Of a DNA stretch of 64,000 nucleotides, positions 41,343-53,700 are shown one piece after another. The translations under genes and the position numbers were made by a program. This DNA is from Octopus vulgaris (taxonomy: Eukaryota). The notes beneath the pieces were generated by a model, which was not told the origin of the DNA, searched no databases, and worked only from the letters and a program-made list of their open reading frames with translations. Positions within the stretch are counted from its first letter, which is position 1; every line of letters begins with the position of its first letter. Location of the stretch: NCBI GenBank assembly GCA_951406725.2, contig OX597816.1:372001-436000 (forward strand), written 5' to 3'.

Positions 41343-44300
41343 GCCAGGAATTGGTCAGAATAGAATAAATGAATTTTTTTTAGAAAATCAATAAATCAAA
41401 ATTGTTATTGTTTACCTCGGATCAGGAACAGGAGGAACCCAAATTTTGTCAAAGACATCATCAAATGAATAAGGATTTTTCAGTCTGTCCAGAGCCATTA
41501 TTGCCAAAACTTCTGGAATGTTTTTTTGCCGGTTCAACCAATAAACTTTATACATCCACTGAGGAAGCTGTGACACTGCAGGACACAACCTTGGAATATT
41601 TATCAAAGAATGCATGGATTTTATCTCGCTAAGTTTATTTTTAAGTGACTGGTATATGATTATATAAAACGGGCCATTGAAATAGTAATTGCAACCAAAG
41701 CGATTGAATCCATCCTTGTCAAAACCAAAAATGTCAAACCCTTTGTTATTAAAACCCAAGTTATTTAATCCAAGTTCATTGAACTCATTCTTTCTGAATG
41801 TAGAGACATGTTCACTGAAGACATTCGTTTTGATTCTACTGAAACCATATCTGTTATGACCAGATCTGTCATAGCCAGCAACATCAAAGCCGTCAGAATT
41901 GTAACCATCTTTGAAAAAAAGATCTTTGTCGTAGCCCATACTATCAAAACCTTGTCGAGAAAAGCCTTCTTTGTCAAATCCCTCATTATTATATATTCCT
42001 CTGAGATCAATATAGCCATCAATGTTTATTCCATGTACATCAAATCCATCTTTATCATAACCATTTTTATCAAAGCCATGACGATCATAACTATCACTAT
42101 CATATCCATAGGTCTTTATTTTGGTCTGGTTACATGGTGATCCAAATGGTAAATTCAGATAGGTTATACAGATTTGTTTTTTGCAATCTAATACATCATC
42201 AGGAGTAACTTTGAAAGGTTCCATAGGAACATATCGAAAATTAGGAGGAAATCGCAGCAAACCTTTTTTATGACTCCTCTGCCAATCATCCCAGAGTTTA
42301 TCAATAAAAGCTACATGTGAATAGAAAAGGGGGTCGTAAGCACTGAGAGGTGAGTCCATGTGGCCTCCAACCCACATCTGGAAAAGATGCAGCATTGATT
42401 CCATGTAAGCTGAGAAATCACTAAAGGTACTTTCCTGTAAAGCCAAGTAAACATGAATTGCGTCTGGAAGATGTACTGAAGAATTGAAGTGTCTACGGAG
42501 ACAAGGTGTCCAATATGGTGGATGATAAGACTTAAACGGATGATATCTGACACAGTCTGTTCCATTTTCACCATTACCACCAAAAAATTTTGATGACCAA
42601 ATAACCGATTTATTCAAGACACCAATATCAAGGGTCCAATCATAATATGGGATCACAACACCACATTCAACATCTTGCATCAACTTTTCAACCATAAACA
42701 AAAAGTAGCGATGCCATGGCAAAAATAAAGGATTTCCGGAAGCTTGAGGAATATATTCTGAATACATTTCAGCAAATTCAAACCACACAGATTTACCATT
42801 TCTTTTTTCATGCTGTAGATTCTGGATGACAAGTTGGTAACGCTTTATTTCATCAAAACTCATGTCACGAATCTCTTTGCGTTGTAAATGTTTTTGACAA
42901 GAATTCATTTCTGAAAACCCTCCCAAGTGACACTGAAATTTCTCACAGCCTACATTGAAATCGTCCCAAATCCTATGGAACTGATTATTAAACCAACACA
43001 TACAATTTGGCTTGCAACTGACATCTTCACATTTTTTTCCTGGAGAAAAACGAACAATTTGAACATCATCTTCGGTTTCCAAATGTTGACACCTTTTCCT
43101 TGTGGTTCTCATGCAAGTATACTTGAAGCCAGCATGACGTCCATAAATATCCAAACCATCTCGGTTAACACCTTCACAATTGAACCCTGCCCTGTAAAAA
43201 GAAACAGAAATAAATTTCCTTAATCTGTTTGAATCAATTTTATTTTACATCACAACATTCCATCACATATACACTGGTTTAGAATGGATTTAGAGTAATG
43301 GTATCTTAGTTCTGTTAAAGTTAACTTAGCTTTTCCTGCCAATTAATATAATTTTGAATAGCAAGGCATTCTAATGGCCTGCCAGTAACGAGACTCAAAA
43401 TTAAATAATTGGCATTTATAAGGTTACCAACAGGCCACCAAAATAGCCGGCAGGTAACAATACATTTTGTCTGAACTCTATTCTTTTTCTTTTTTTTATA
43501 TTTTTTGAAAGGGGAATCTTTCTCAAAATATTATAGGATCACTAAATAACTAACATATGGTAATACATCATCTTTCTCTATATTTTCATTTATTGGCATC
43601 ACCTTACCTATTTTTCATCAATTAGATATTATTACCTCAAAATTGTTATACAAATCAGTGATGCAGGTGAGAAATTAGGCAAAATAAGAATGATATTCTG
43701 TGATTTTTATGTAATCATTTGCCTCATCATTTCTTTTCATTAAAATGCAATTTTATCTTGAGTTAAAACCCCAAAAGATTACAAATAATTTGTTTTGAGG
43801 CCCCGTGTCGGTGGCACGTAAAAGCACCATCCGTTCGTGTCCGTTGCCAGCATCGCCTGGCCCCGTGCTGGTGACACGTAAAAGCACCATCCGTTCGTGG
43901 CCATTCGCCAGCTCTGTCTGGCACCTGTGCAGGTGGCACGTAAAAAACACCCACTACACTCGCGGAGTGGTTGGCGTTAGGAAGGGCATCCAGCCGTAGA
44001 AACACTGCCAGATCTGACTGGGCCTGACGAAGCCTTCCAGCTTCACAGACCCCAGTTGACCCGTCCAACCCATGCTAGCATGGAAAGCGGACGCTAAATG
44101 ATGATGATGATGAATAAATGACAACCAATGGAAAAATGCAAAGAAACTGAAAACCTGGTGATTCTTGTCAACTTAAAATTATGAATTAACTGGACTAGGA
44201 AACAAAAAAAAAAGAATAGTTTAACTTACTTTACACTAATCTGTACATTGTGTCTATGTACATGCAAGTATGTGTCCCCAGGCTTCTTAATTCTTCATTA

Positions 44301-47300
44301 CCTCACTTTCCTTAGCTATGAAGAACAATTATCAGGAATTATATTTATTCTGGAAATGTTATTAGTGATAAAGTTGCATCTTATCCACAAGTTTGATCCT
44401 TCATCTACTTACCCAAGAATACCGCTTCCATTATTCATGGTCCTCTGAGAACTACCATTTATATATTTAAACATCAAATGGGAAATTTGCTGATGTGTGC
44501 AAAACTTTGACAAGCTGAGACTAACTTACTAGAGGAGCACTAAGCAGTGTTGATTCAAATACAGGTGTGTACAATTATATTTAACGCATTTGTGTTTCAA
44601 GAGAGAAATTCTCCTCCACAGACAAAGTGTGTGAGAACCACATCAATGACATCATTAGACTGTAAGCTGCATGTTTCAGCATTGTTGTGCTTCATCAGCA
44701 GAGACACTGAATCCACTGTTCACAGCCCATTAAGAACTACAATTCTTAAACAGTAAATGTTACATTTGCTGATGCATGCAAATCCTTGTCAAGCTAGAAT
44801 TAACTAATTAGAAGCACATTAGGCAGTGTTCACTGAAATATAGAGAATCTCTCACCTGAGAGATTTCTGCACTGAGAATCACCAGATTTCAATGTACTTA
44901 GGCCTATTAACTACACATATATCTTAATCGTCATTGCTTAGTGAGCTTTCCTATAATAGACATTTAGAGTTTTGATTTTTGCTATTAATTATTTTAATGC
45001 ACTGAATTGGATAATAGGGAATCACCACCGACAATACCATCATCTTTACATCCACTTTTTCCATGCCTGCATCAGTTAGAAGAGACTTACTGAGCCAGTA
45101 TTCTAATGGCTGAATGCCTCTCTTGCCGGCGGCCCTTATTTATTATTTTTTTTAAGGTATATTTTATTCTGCTGATCTTCAAACACCATAACAACTCAAG
45201 CCAGAGGGTGTGCTGTTTATGTAGCAGTGCTGTGAAACATCACCACTGCCCCAGCTGTGTCAACAGGGAGACAAACATTTACACACACACACACAATGGA
45301 TTCCCATCCCAATGCATTGGGTAACTGAAGCTGAAGACGCTGGTCCAGAGTGCCACAGAGTGGTATTGAACCTGAAGTCGTGTGGCTGTGAAACAAACTT
45401 CTTAATCACAAAATCCAGGCTTTTGCCATATTACACATTCATATTCCTAACTAAACCAACCTTTATCCTGTTGTGCATGGCTTAAGGGACAGGGTTAGGG
45501 TATTCAGGTCACAATCGTAAGGTCATGAGTTCGATACCTGGTAATGTGTTGTAGCCTTGAGCAAGACACTCTATTTCACTTTGCTCCAGTTCACTCAGCT
45601 GGTGAACATGAGTAGTACGTACATTTCAAACGGCCAGCCTTATCACATTTTGGGCGTCACCAAATCTTCCTGAAATCTACATTAAGGGGACACATGTCTT
45701 TGGAGTACTCAGCCATTTACATGTTAATTTCATGAGCAAGCAGTTTGGTTGATTGGATCAACTGCAACTCTGCAACCAACAGAGTGCCAGGTTTTTCCTT
45801 ACTTTAGTAGAATGTTCTGAACCAAAATGACAGTGACACCTGCCCCCCTCCTCTCTTTCTCTCCTTTCCTCACCCAACAAAGTGCAACTACTAAAAATAT
45901 TAGATTCTTCACTCCTCATAGCAACAGAACTCACCAAATTCTCGAATGAACCTTCCTATACACCTACTTTTGATAGGAAACACTGTCACTACCTCCTTCA
46001 GAGACAGGATTTCATTTATTGCCTTGTTTGTGGTTTGTACATGAGCTTCTGCGTGTGTGTGAGGGAGAGGGAGAGTTTGTACCTTGTCTTGACGTCTTGT
46101 GATAGTCGTAAATGAGCATCACTGTCGTAGAAGCAGTGTTGTTTGTTTTCGGTCTTCTGTGAAAAACCTGATGGCTATGGGGGAAATAAATTTGCTTAGA
46201 AATAGGTGAGGGTTGACAACAGAAGGGGCACCTGGTCACAGAATATGTGCCTCAACAAATTCCATCCAACCCATACAAGTATGGAAAAACAGACATTAAA
46301 ACAATGATGATGAAAAAGAATCAATAAATAGTAATAAGAAATCTCACCTGTTGTAACCTTCTTCATCGTAGCCATCATCATCATAGTCGATCATGCCATC
46401 AAACTCACCTTCTCTGCTATATCCCGTCATGTTGAATCCGAACGGATCGTAACCTTCAGAATTGTAGCCTAATCTATCATAACCAACAGAGTTGAATCCA
46501 TTTTTGTCATAACCTGCAATAGAGAAACCATTAGTGTTCACAGATCAGAAAGAAACAAAATTACTTTATGATAAAAACTAAAACTGTAAAAAAGTTAGTC
46601 AAAAGGAAACAAAAGACCAGTTTCCTGGTTTCTCTGATGTAAATATATTTTTCTCTGGATGCCAGTCCGTCGCAGGACCAGCATCCCATCCAGAGATGCA
46701 TTTTTACCAGCTGAGTGGACTGGAGCCACATGAAGTGCTTTGCTCAAGAACACAATGCATCAGCCAGTCCAGGAATTGAAACCACAATCTTACGATCACA
46801 AGTCCAACACCCTAACCACTAGGCTATGCATGTCCACCAAAACTGTATAAGATTAACAGAAACTATAGTGGATTAACCCTTTTGATACCAAACTGCCTGA
46901 AACCACCTCTGGCTCTGTAGTACAAATGTCTTGTTTTCAAAAGTTCTGAATTAAATTCCTCCACCAAACCTTAGTCACAATTTATGTTCCTAACACTAGC
47001 TTAATGATAACTAAGTTATTTTACTAAATTCTTTGTTATATTTAGAATTAATTGAAAGAAGCACACAGCATCTCAACAGAAATATGGTAACAAAAGGGTT
47101 TACAGAAGCTATGTTAAACTGATTGTCTTTTAATCCTTGCAGAGATATACATCCTGGAGACAAACTCTCCAACAGTCACCATATTTTCAATGTCTTGCTT
47201 CTCTGAGCATTGACACACTAAACTTTCAATATGTAGATAAATGACTTGGTAGAATCCCACAAGAAGATTATCCGTTACCTTTCCAACAATAATTTTGGTC

Positions 47301-47833
47301 CTCTTTTTTAAATCCATTATCTCTGCTCATAAAATCAAAGAACAGCGCCTCACCCATAACTTTCAGAAAGATTTTGTTCATACTCAGAATTGTTAAAGCA
47401 TGGAATAAACTACCAACATTTGTTATTAGCCATTAGGACATGGAACCCTTCAAAAATTCTAGGCTCCCCAACATTACTCCTGATGTGTCTAGACATTCTT
47501 TTCTCTTTAGGACTCATTTAATGTTCCCTTTTTATTATTTTATTCTGTCTACTATACATGTAATTTTGGCTATCGTTGTTGTCTTTCTTTGTTCAATTAT
47601 TGCTGCTTTCTGTCCCTCTTTTACCTGAGTATCATGCACCTGAGTATCATCATCATTTACTATCCATATTCCAGGCTGGCATGGATTGGATGGTTCAGCA
47701 GTATCTGACATGCCAGAGGACTGCGCTCCAATGTCTGCTTTTGCAAAACTTCTACAGCTGGATGCCCAAGCTCATCATTATTTTTATGATTATCATCATT
47801 ATAGCAACAAGTATGAATAATCAGGGTCTCTGA

Positions 47834-47865
<32 letters not shown>

Positions 47866-50743
47866 TAATAATAACAATAAAAAAAATTATCTTACGCTTT
47901 GAAAAATCTTTACACAGGCAAGAAATAGGAAATTTTTTTTTAAATATATTTATCCACCATCATTTATTAATAAGATAAATGAAACATGAAGCCTACTCAT
48001 TTACAAAAGAATCACAACCAAATATAGAATTCACTGCTTTTATGATGAGACTCATTTACAAGACACCACACCATCAAGCCTACACAATACATGCAAGAGA
48101 ATAACTTGTTAGATTTGTGTATAAAATGGGAAATGCCTCACCATGCCAATCATAGCCATTCTTCTTGAATCTGTTGATTCCCATCTTCATCCCAGTTTTC
48201 GCATTGAATATTTTCCTTAACTGGTTGTAACCTTTTGCATTAAACCCATATCTGAAAGTTAAAATTTTGGAAAATTATTTATTTTAATTATTTCCATTTC
48301 TTTGGAGTAGGTGTTGGTTCAAATTTTTAGGGGAATTTATATATTTGAATTGGATCATTGTATCACTAGTATTTATTATATTGGCCCTGCAGAGGATGGT
48401 GAATGAAAGGAGCATCTATGTTCAACAAGTTGCAGAGAGTCCACTATTGTAGTCTCCTCCAGCTCTACCACACCAGCAAACAGATTATCAGAATTATAGA
48501 TTCATAGACAAGAGTAAGATTGTATGATTCTTCTGACTTTCTCATCTGATCCATTAATCATTCTCATATACTTTTCCAGGTCACATGGAATTCATTGAGG
48601 TAGATTTTCTACAGCTGGATGCCCTTCCTGTTACCAACCCTCACCTATTAGCAAGCAAGATAATATTTCTCTATGGCATGGAATACTGATAATGAAGAAC
48701 ATTGCTTACATAACAGTGGCACTCATTTACAACTATTGCATGATGTCAATACAACACACACACACACACACAACAGTCAGTTTCCATCTACCAAATCCAC
48801 TTACGAGGCTTTGGTTAGCCCAAGGCTATAGAAGAAATTTTCCCAGGGTGTTACACAGTGAGACTGAACTTGAAACCACGTGATTGGGAAGCAATCTTTT
48901 TAACCCCAAAGCCATACCAGCTATTTGTTTGGTGCAGACTACAGGTTCAATTCTTTTTTTGTGGACTGACTTAGATAAGTTGTCAAAAAATTCAAACCAA
49001 GTAAAACAATCCATTCTGATGAGCAGCTAAAATATCAATTAGCTTAAGTAATTGTCAGTTAATAAATAATAGAAAATCCATAGAAACATCAGTACTTCAA
49101 GCAAGAGTTAGAGACCCAGAACACAATAATAGAATCATTAGTGTCTTGTAGCAGAAACAGAAGAAAATTTAGCCTAAAGTCAATAATTTGTGCCATATAT
49201 AAACTTGAAACTGAGACACCAACCAACTGTGGAGTCTTAAATCTGTGCATCTGTAATTTCAGGTTTACATGGGTAGGGGGAAATTTACCAGCTCATCAGT
49301 TTTCTTATCAACTGACTAGCAGTATCGCCCGGCGTTGCTCGGGTTTGTAAGGGAAATAACTATATAAGCATTTTTAGAGAGTTATAGCCAAAAAATAGCA
49401 AAAAATGCATTAAAAATGGAAAAAGTATGATGGTAAATTTTTTGAAAAATCGTTGACTCATCGTAGACATTTTTAGAGAGTTACTTCCCTTATATAATAG
49501 CGAAAAAATGCATTAAAATGGAAAAAAAACGATGGTAAATTTTTTTTTAAATCGTAGACTCATGTAGACGCTTTCTTAGCCATTTCTGTTTTGGTGTCTT
49601 CAAGCCATGAAGTCGTTATTCTAAAAGAACACTGGTCTCCTTGACAACGCATTACGACGTTGATTTCCTTACACTCCCTTCCCCAAAGGTGCAGGTGTGA
49701 GCGTGGACGCCAACTCCGCCGCCATCAACACACGAAAAATTATGCATTAAAATGGAATAAAAAATGATGTTAAATTATTTTTAAAATCGTAGACTCATCG
49801 TAGACGCGCTAATACTCAGACGGGCTCGATATGAATCACGACTATAAGCTACCCGAATTTGGTTAAACTGCACCGCAAAATGTGGGAGTAGTTAGGAATC
49901 TAAATCGAAGGGGACAGACACTCACACAACTACAGTTTTATATATATAGATATACATAGCGCAGTAGTGGTGAGATGTGACAGCAAAGAAAAGCATACAT
50001 TCACTCTCTGCATGCAATTAGACTCGGAAAGTTCGTGAGGAACCCATTGACCCAATTTGCTGACTTTTCCGATAGCACACAGGTCTCAATGAATGGTTGA
50101 ATGACCAAATCCAAGCTTCTCTGCTAGTTCCTCAACAGTTACGATGAGATTTTGTTCCACCAGGGTTTTCAGGATGTCCTTGTCGAGTTCTACAGATCTT
50201 TCAGGATGAGGCTCGTCTTCTAGGCTGTTCCAATATAGCTTTGAAAAAAATAGCTGTTAAAATCGAAATGCACTCTTCAAAACTTGCACTATGAATAAGG
50301 ACAAGATAAAATTACTAACTGCTTTTATAGCAAGTTAATATAAGTAGTTTATCCCATTCCCCTCTGACTTTTAGTTCAAGCTGTTGAAAAAACCGCATTA
50401 TTATATATATATACATACATACATACATACATACATATACACACACTCTCTCTCTCACACACATGCACACATTTATATTCTGTTATTCTTTTATATGTTT
50501 CAGCCTTGAGGTTGTGGCCATGCTGGATCATGTGTGTGTGTGTGTGTGTGTCTATCTGTCTGTCTGTATGTATATATGTATATGTATGTGTGTGAACAAT
50601 AATATTTTCAACAGATGTGTTGCAAATGTATCTGATTGTTCTCAAGCTTCAATACTGTGTGTGTGTGTATGTGTGTGTGTGTGTGTATGTATGTATATGT
50701 ATGTATGTATGTATGTATATGTATGTATGTGTGTGTGTATGTA

Positions 50744-50794
<51 letters not shown>

Positions 50795-53700
50795 ATGTAT
50801 GTATGTATGTATGTATGTATGTATGTATGTATGTATGAGTGTTCCTCAAATCACTATCTCTGGCTATTTACTCTCTTCCAAGAACATTTTCACTCACACT
50901 TATGTGTTAGCTTCCCATACATTTTACTCATGTATCTATCAGCGTGATAGAGAGAAACAAATATTACATCTAGTTTCACTTTATTCGTTGCCCACTGTGT
51001 GTGTGCGTTTGCGTGTGGTGTAAACCAGACTAAGAAAAGCATTTGACACACACACCAGAATGTGAGTTTTCTGTAAATTTTGCTTAATTGGAGTTGAAAT
51101 TTTAAAAACTGGACCTGGCATGACGCGATGCATTGTACTCTTAAAATTGCTAGGTAAATTGTAATTGAAGAAATCCTATATTGTAGATTTGTATAACTCC
51201 CAAAGGGAGGCAGATAAAATCTGCCTTTTATAATAAGAGATATTCACACAAATGAAACTATTGCTGTCATCAACATCACTTTACATTTGTTTTTCCATGC
51301 TAGCATGGGTTGGATGAATCACCATAATCCGAGTGATATCCCATTAAACGCTATCATTCCCAAAGACTAAGTGCTCAAGTGTGTTATCTGATTTGCTTTC
51401 TGCAACTTGATGCCCTCTCTAACATCAATGGTTTCACAACATGTACTGGAAGCATTTTCCCATAACACTAATACAAGAGAGGCTGAATAACCCTTAGTGA
51501 TAGAGCGAAAGTAAATCTTAAGGCTTAAAAGGATAATACAACAAACAATTAGAAAAATTAATCTTACTTATCATAGCCATCAGGACCAAAGCCAATGGTA
51601 ACTGCTGGATTAAGTTGCTGCCGGTAACAACAAGCACCAACAACACATTTTTTCTGGCAATCTGTAAGTGTCTCAAATAAATTAGCATTGCCCCCACAAC
51701 CAGAATAATCAAACTGGACACATTTTGATCGATGGAAGTCAAAGTACCAACGACTCACATTCCTTGAACAGGAACCTGTAAAAGATAGAATGATGTTGGG
51801 TTTTTACATCTATGTCTTTATAAATTGATAAATAAGTGTATAAAAAAATTATAGATAGCAAAAGGAAATATTTAAAATCCTTATCACAATATGTATTGAT
51901 GGAGTTCTCTATGACTCACATTCCATAATGTCTTGTGTACCCCAGGGTTCAGTTTTGAACCCCACATTCATCAGAGACCCACTCACCGTCACCTTCAAGC
52001 ACTTATACATAAATTATATCACCCTTCATTCTGCTCTAAGTCTCCAACAACCAAAAATTATCCCCATGCAGCCTAGTCACCTCTCCACACCAAACCTATA
52101 ATGATTCCATGAATAGAAACCTCGCAAACATTCTTCAATGAGATTTTATCAATTTTGTCTTCTTCAAAAGCACAAAAGAAATCAAAACATTAAAATCAAG
52201 AAAACATTACTGCAGCCCATTCCAGTCTTAAAACATGAGCAGCATGCAGCTAGAACCCTGAATGTCACTACAACTGATTGGATTCACTATCTTGGTGAAG
52301 GTATATCCTCAACATAACAAAAACTGATGCAGCCAAAGACTGGCATTCCTCCACTTCACAGTTGGAAAATAATTCCCAACAACACTGAGCCATTGTTGCT
52401 GCCATATGCACAAACAAAAAACAAAACTGCATTCAAAGGAAAGGTCAGAAGAGTAGGTGTGAAAGAACACCACATCCTGCAAGCTCAGGCAAATACGATT
52501 ATTATAGCCAACTGTATACCATTCTTAACTTATATACATCACTGAAAGGCATCCTAATCATGATCATCATCAACATATAATGTCCAGTCCATGCCAGTAT
52601 GGGCTGGATAGCTGGACAGGAGCTGGCAAAGTCAGGGGTTGCACCAGGTTTCATGATCCGATTTGGCATAGTTTCTACAGCCCTTCCTAATGCCAACTAT
52701 TTTACAGATTATGTTTAGCTCCTTGTGGGCAATAAAGAAATAAGATTGTACTTGGTACTTTTTACATGACACTATCACCTGTGCTTTTTATGTGGCACCA
52801 TCATCATCCTCATCATTATCGTTTAACATCCGTTTTCCATGCTAGTGTAGCAATATTGCTATCTTCACTGTTTGAGAAAAACATTAGGAATGATCTCGTT
52901 TGAGATTACAAACATCTTTGGCTAGTTTAACCTTGTTGTGTCCACTGATCTGATTGGTTAGCATCTAAGCGCAGTCTGTTTCTCTACTTATTTCGCACCA
53001 GTGTGTAAACTGACCAATCACGGCTTTCAGATAGGATCTTTCAATTGAGCCATCTTCACTCCATAAATAGGCTAGTATTTCCACGATTCACCGTCTTTCG
53101 ACTCAAGACCTTCTAAGGTCTGGTTGGAGACCTCACAGAGCTTACTCAACCATGTTCCAGTTCAAAAGACAGACGTCAGCCAAGCCAACTATACTATAAA
53201 GACGCTATTGTATAGCAGCAACAGACAGAACGTCATCACCAACGTCATCTCCATCTCCGGAGATTCAACTTGTACACAAGATAAATACCCAGATTCATCT
53301 CACGCTGTTTGTGTGAAACTATGACCATGGAAAAACAGTTGCAGAATATATACTTGAAAGAACATCTATATCAAGAGAAACCTGCTCAACAAGAGACTCA
53401 ACTAATCTCCTCTTCGAGACCCAAATCTTGTTATAGAACTTATTATCGTGTACTACATGAACTGATAAAATAACTCTATCTTAACTCAATATGTTGAGAC
53501 TTCTTTTATGCTCTGTATTTCTGGTGTATTCGCATGCACCTTTATCTGTACCTCCTGTCGCACGCACAAACACACAGACACAAATATTATACGCATGCAT
53601 TCATACCACAACACTACGCTAGTAATCACAACTCACTTTGTACACTGTGAATAAAATCTATCTTCTCTTTATAAAAGTAGAACGGTTTTGGCGTCCTTTA

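Noticed and set aside
41412-43154. Stand-alone 580-aa tyrosinase gene
   Set aside because: The ORF start is a TTG inside an exon bounded by AG at 43192-43193 and GT at 41414-41415; there is no signal peptide or true ATG start
41416-43191. Haemocyanin functional unit
   Set aside because: Lacks the CxHG thioether motif and most copper His, and the flanking domains do not fit haemocyanin
50376-51023. C/V/M/Y-rich ORFs
   Set aside because: Translations of (TG)n/(TATG)n repeats
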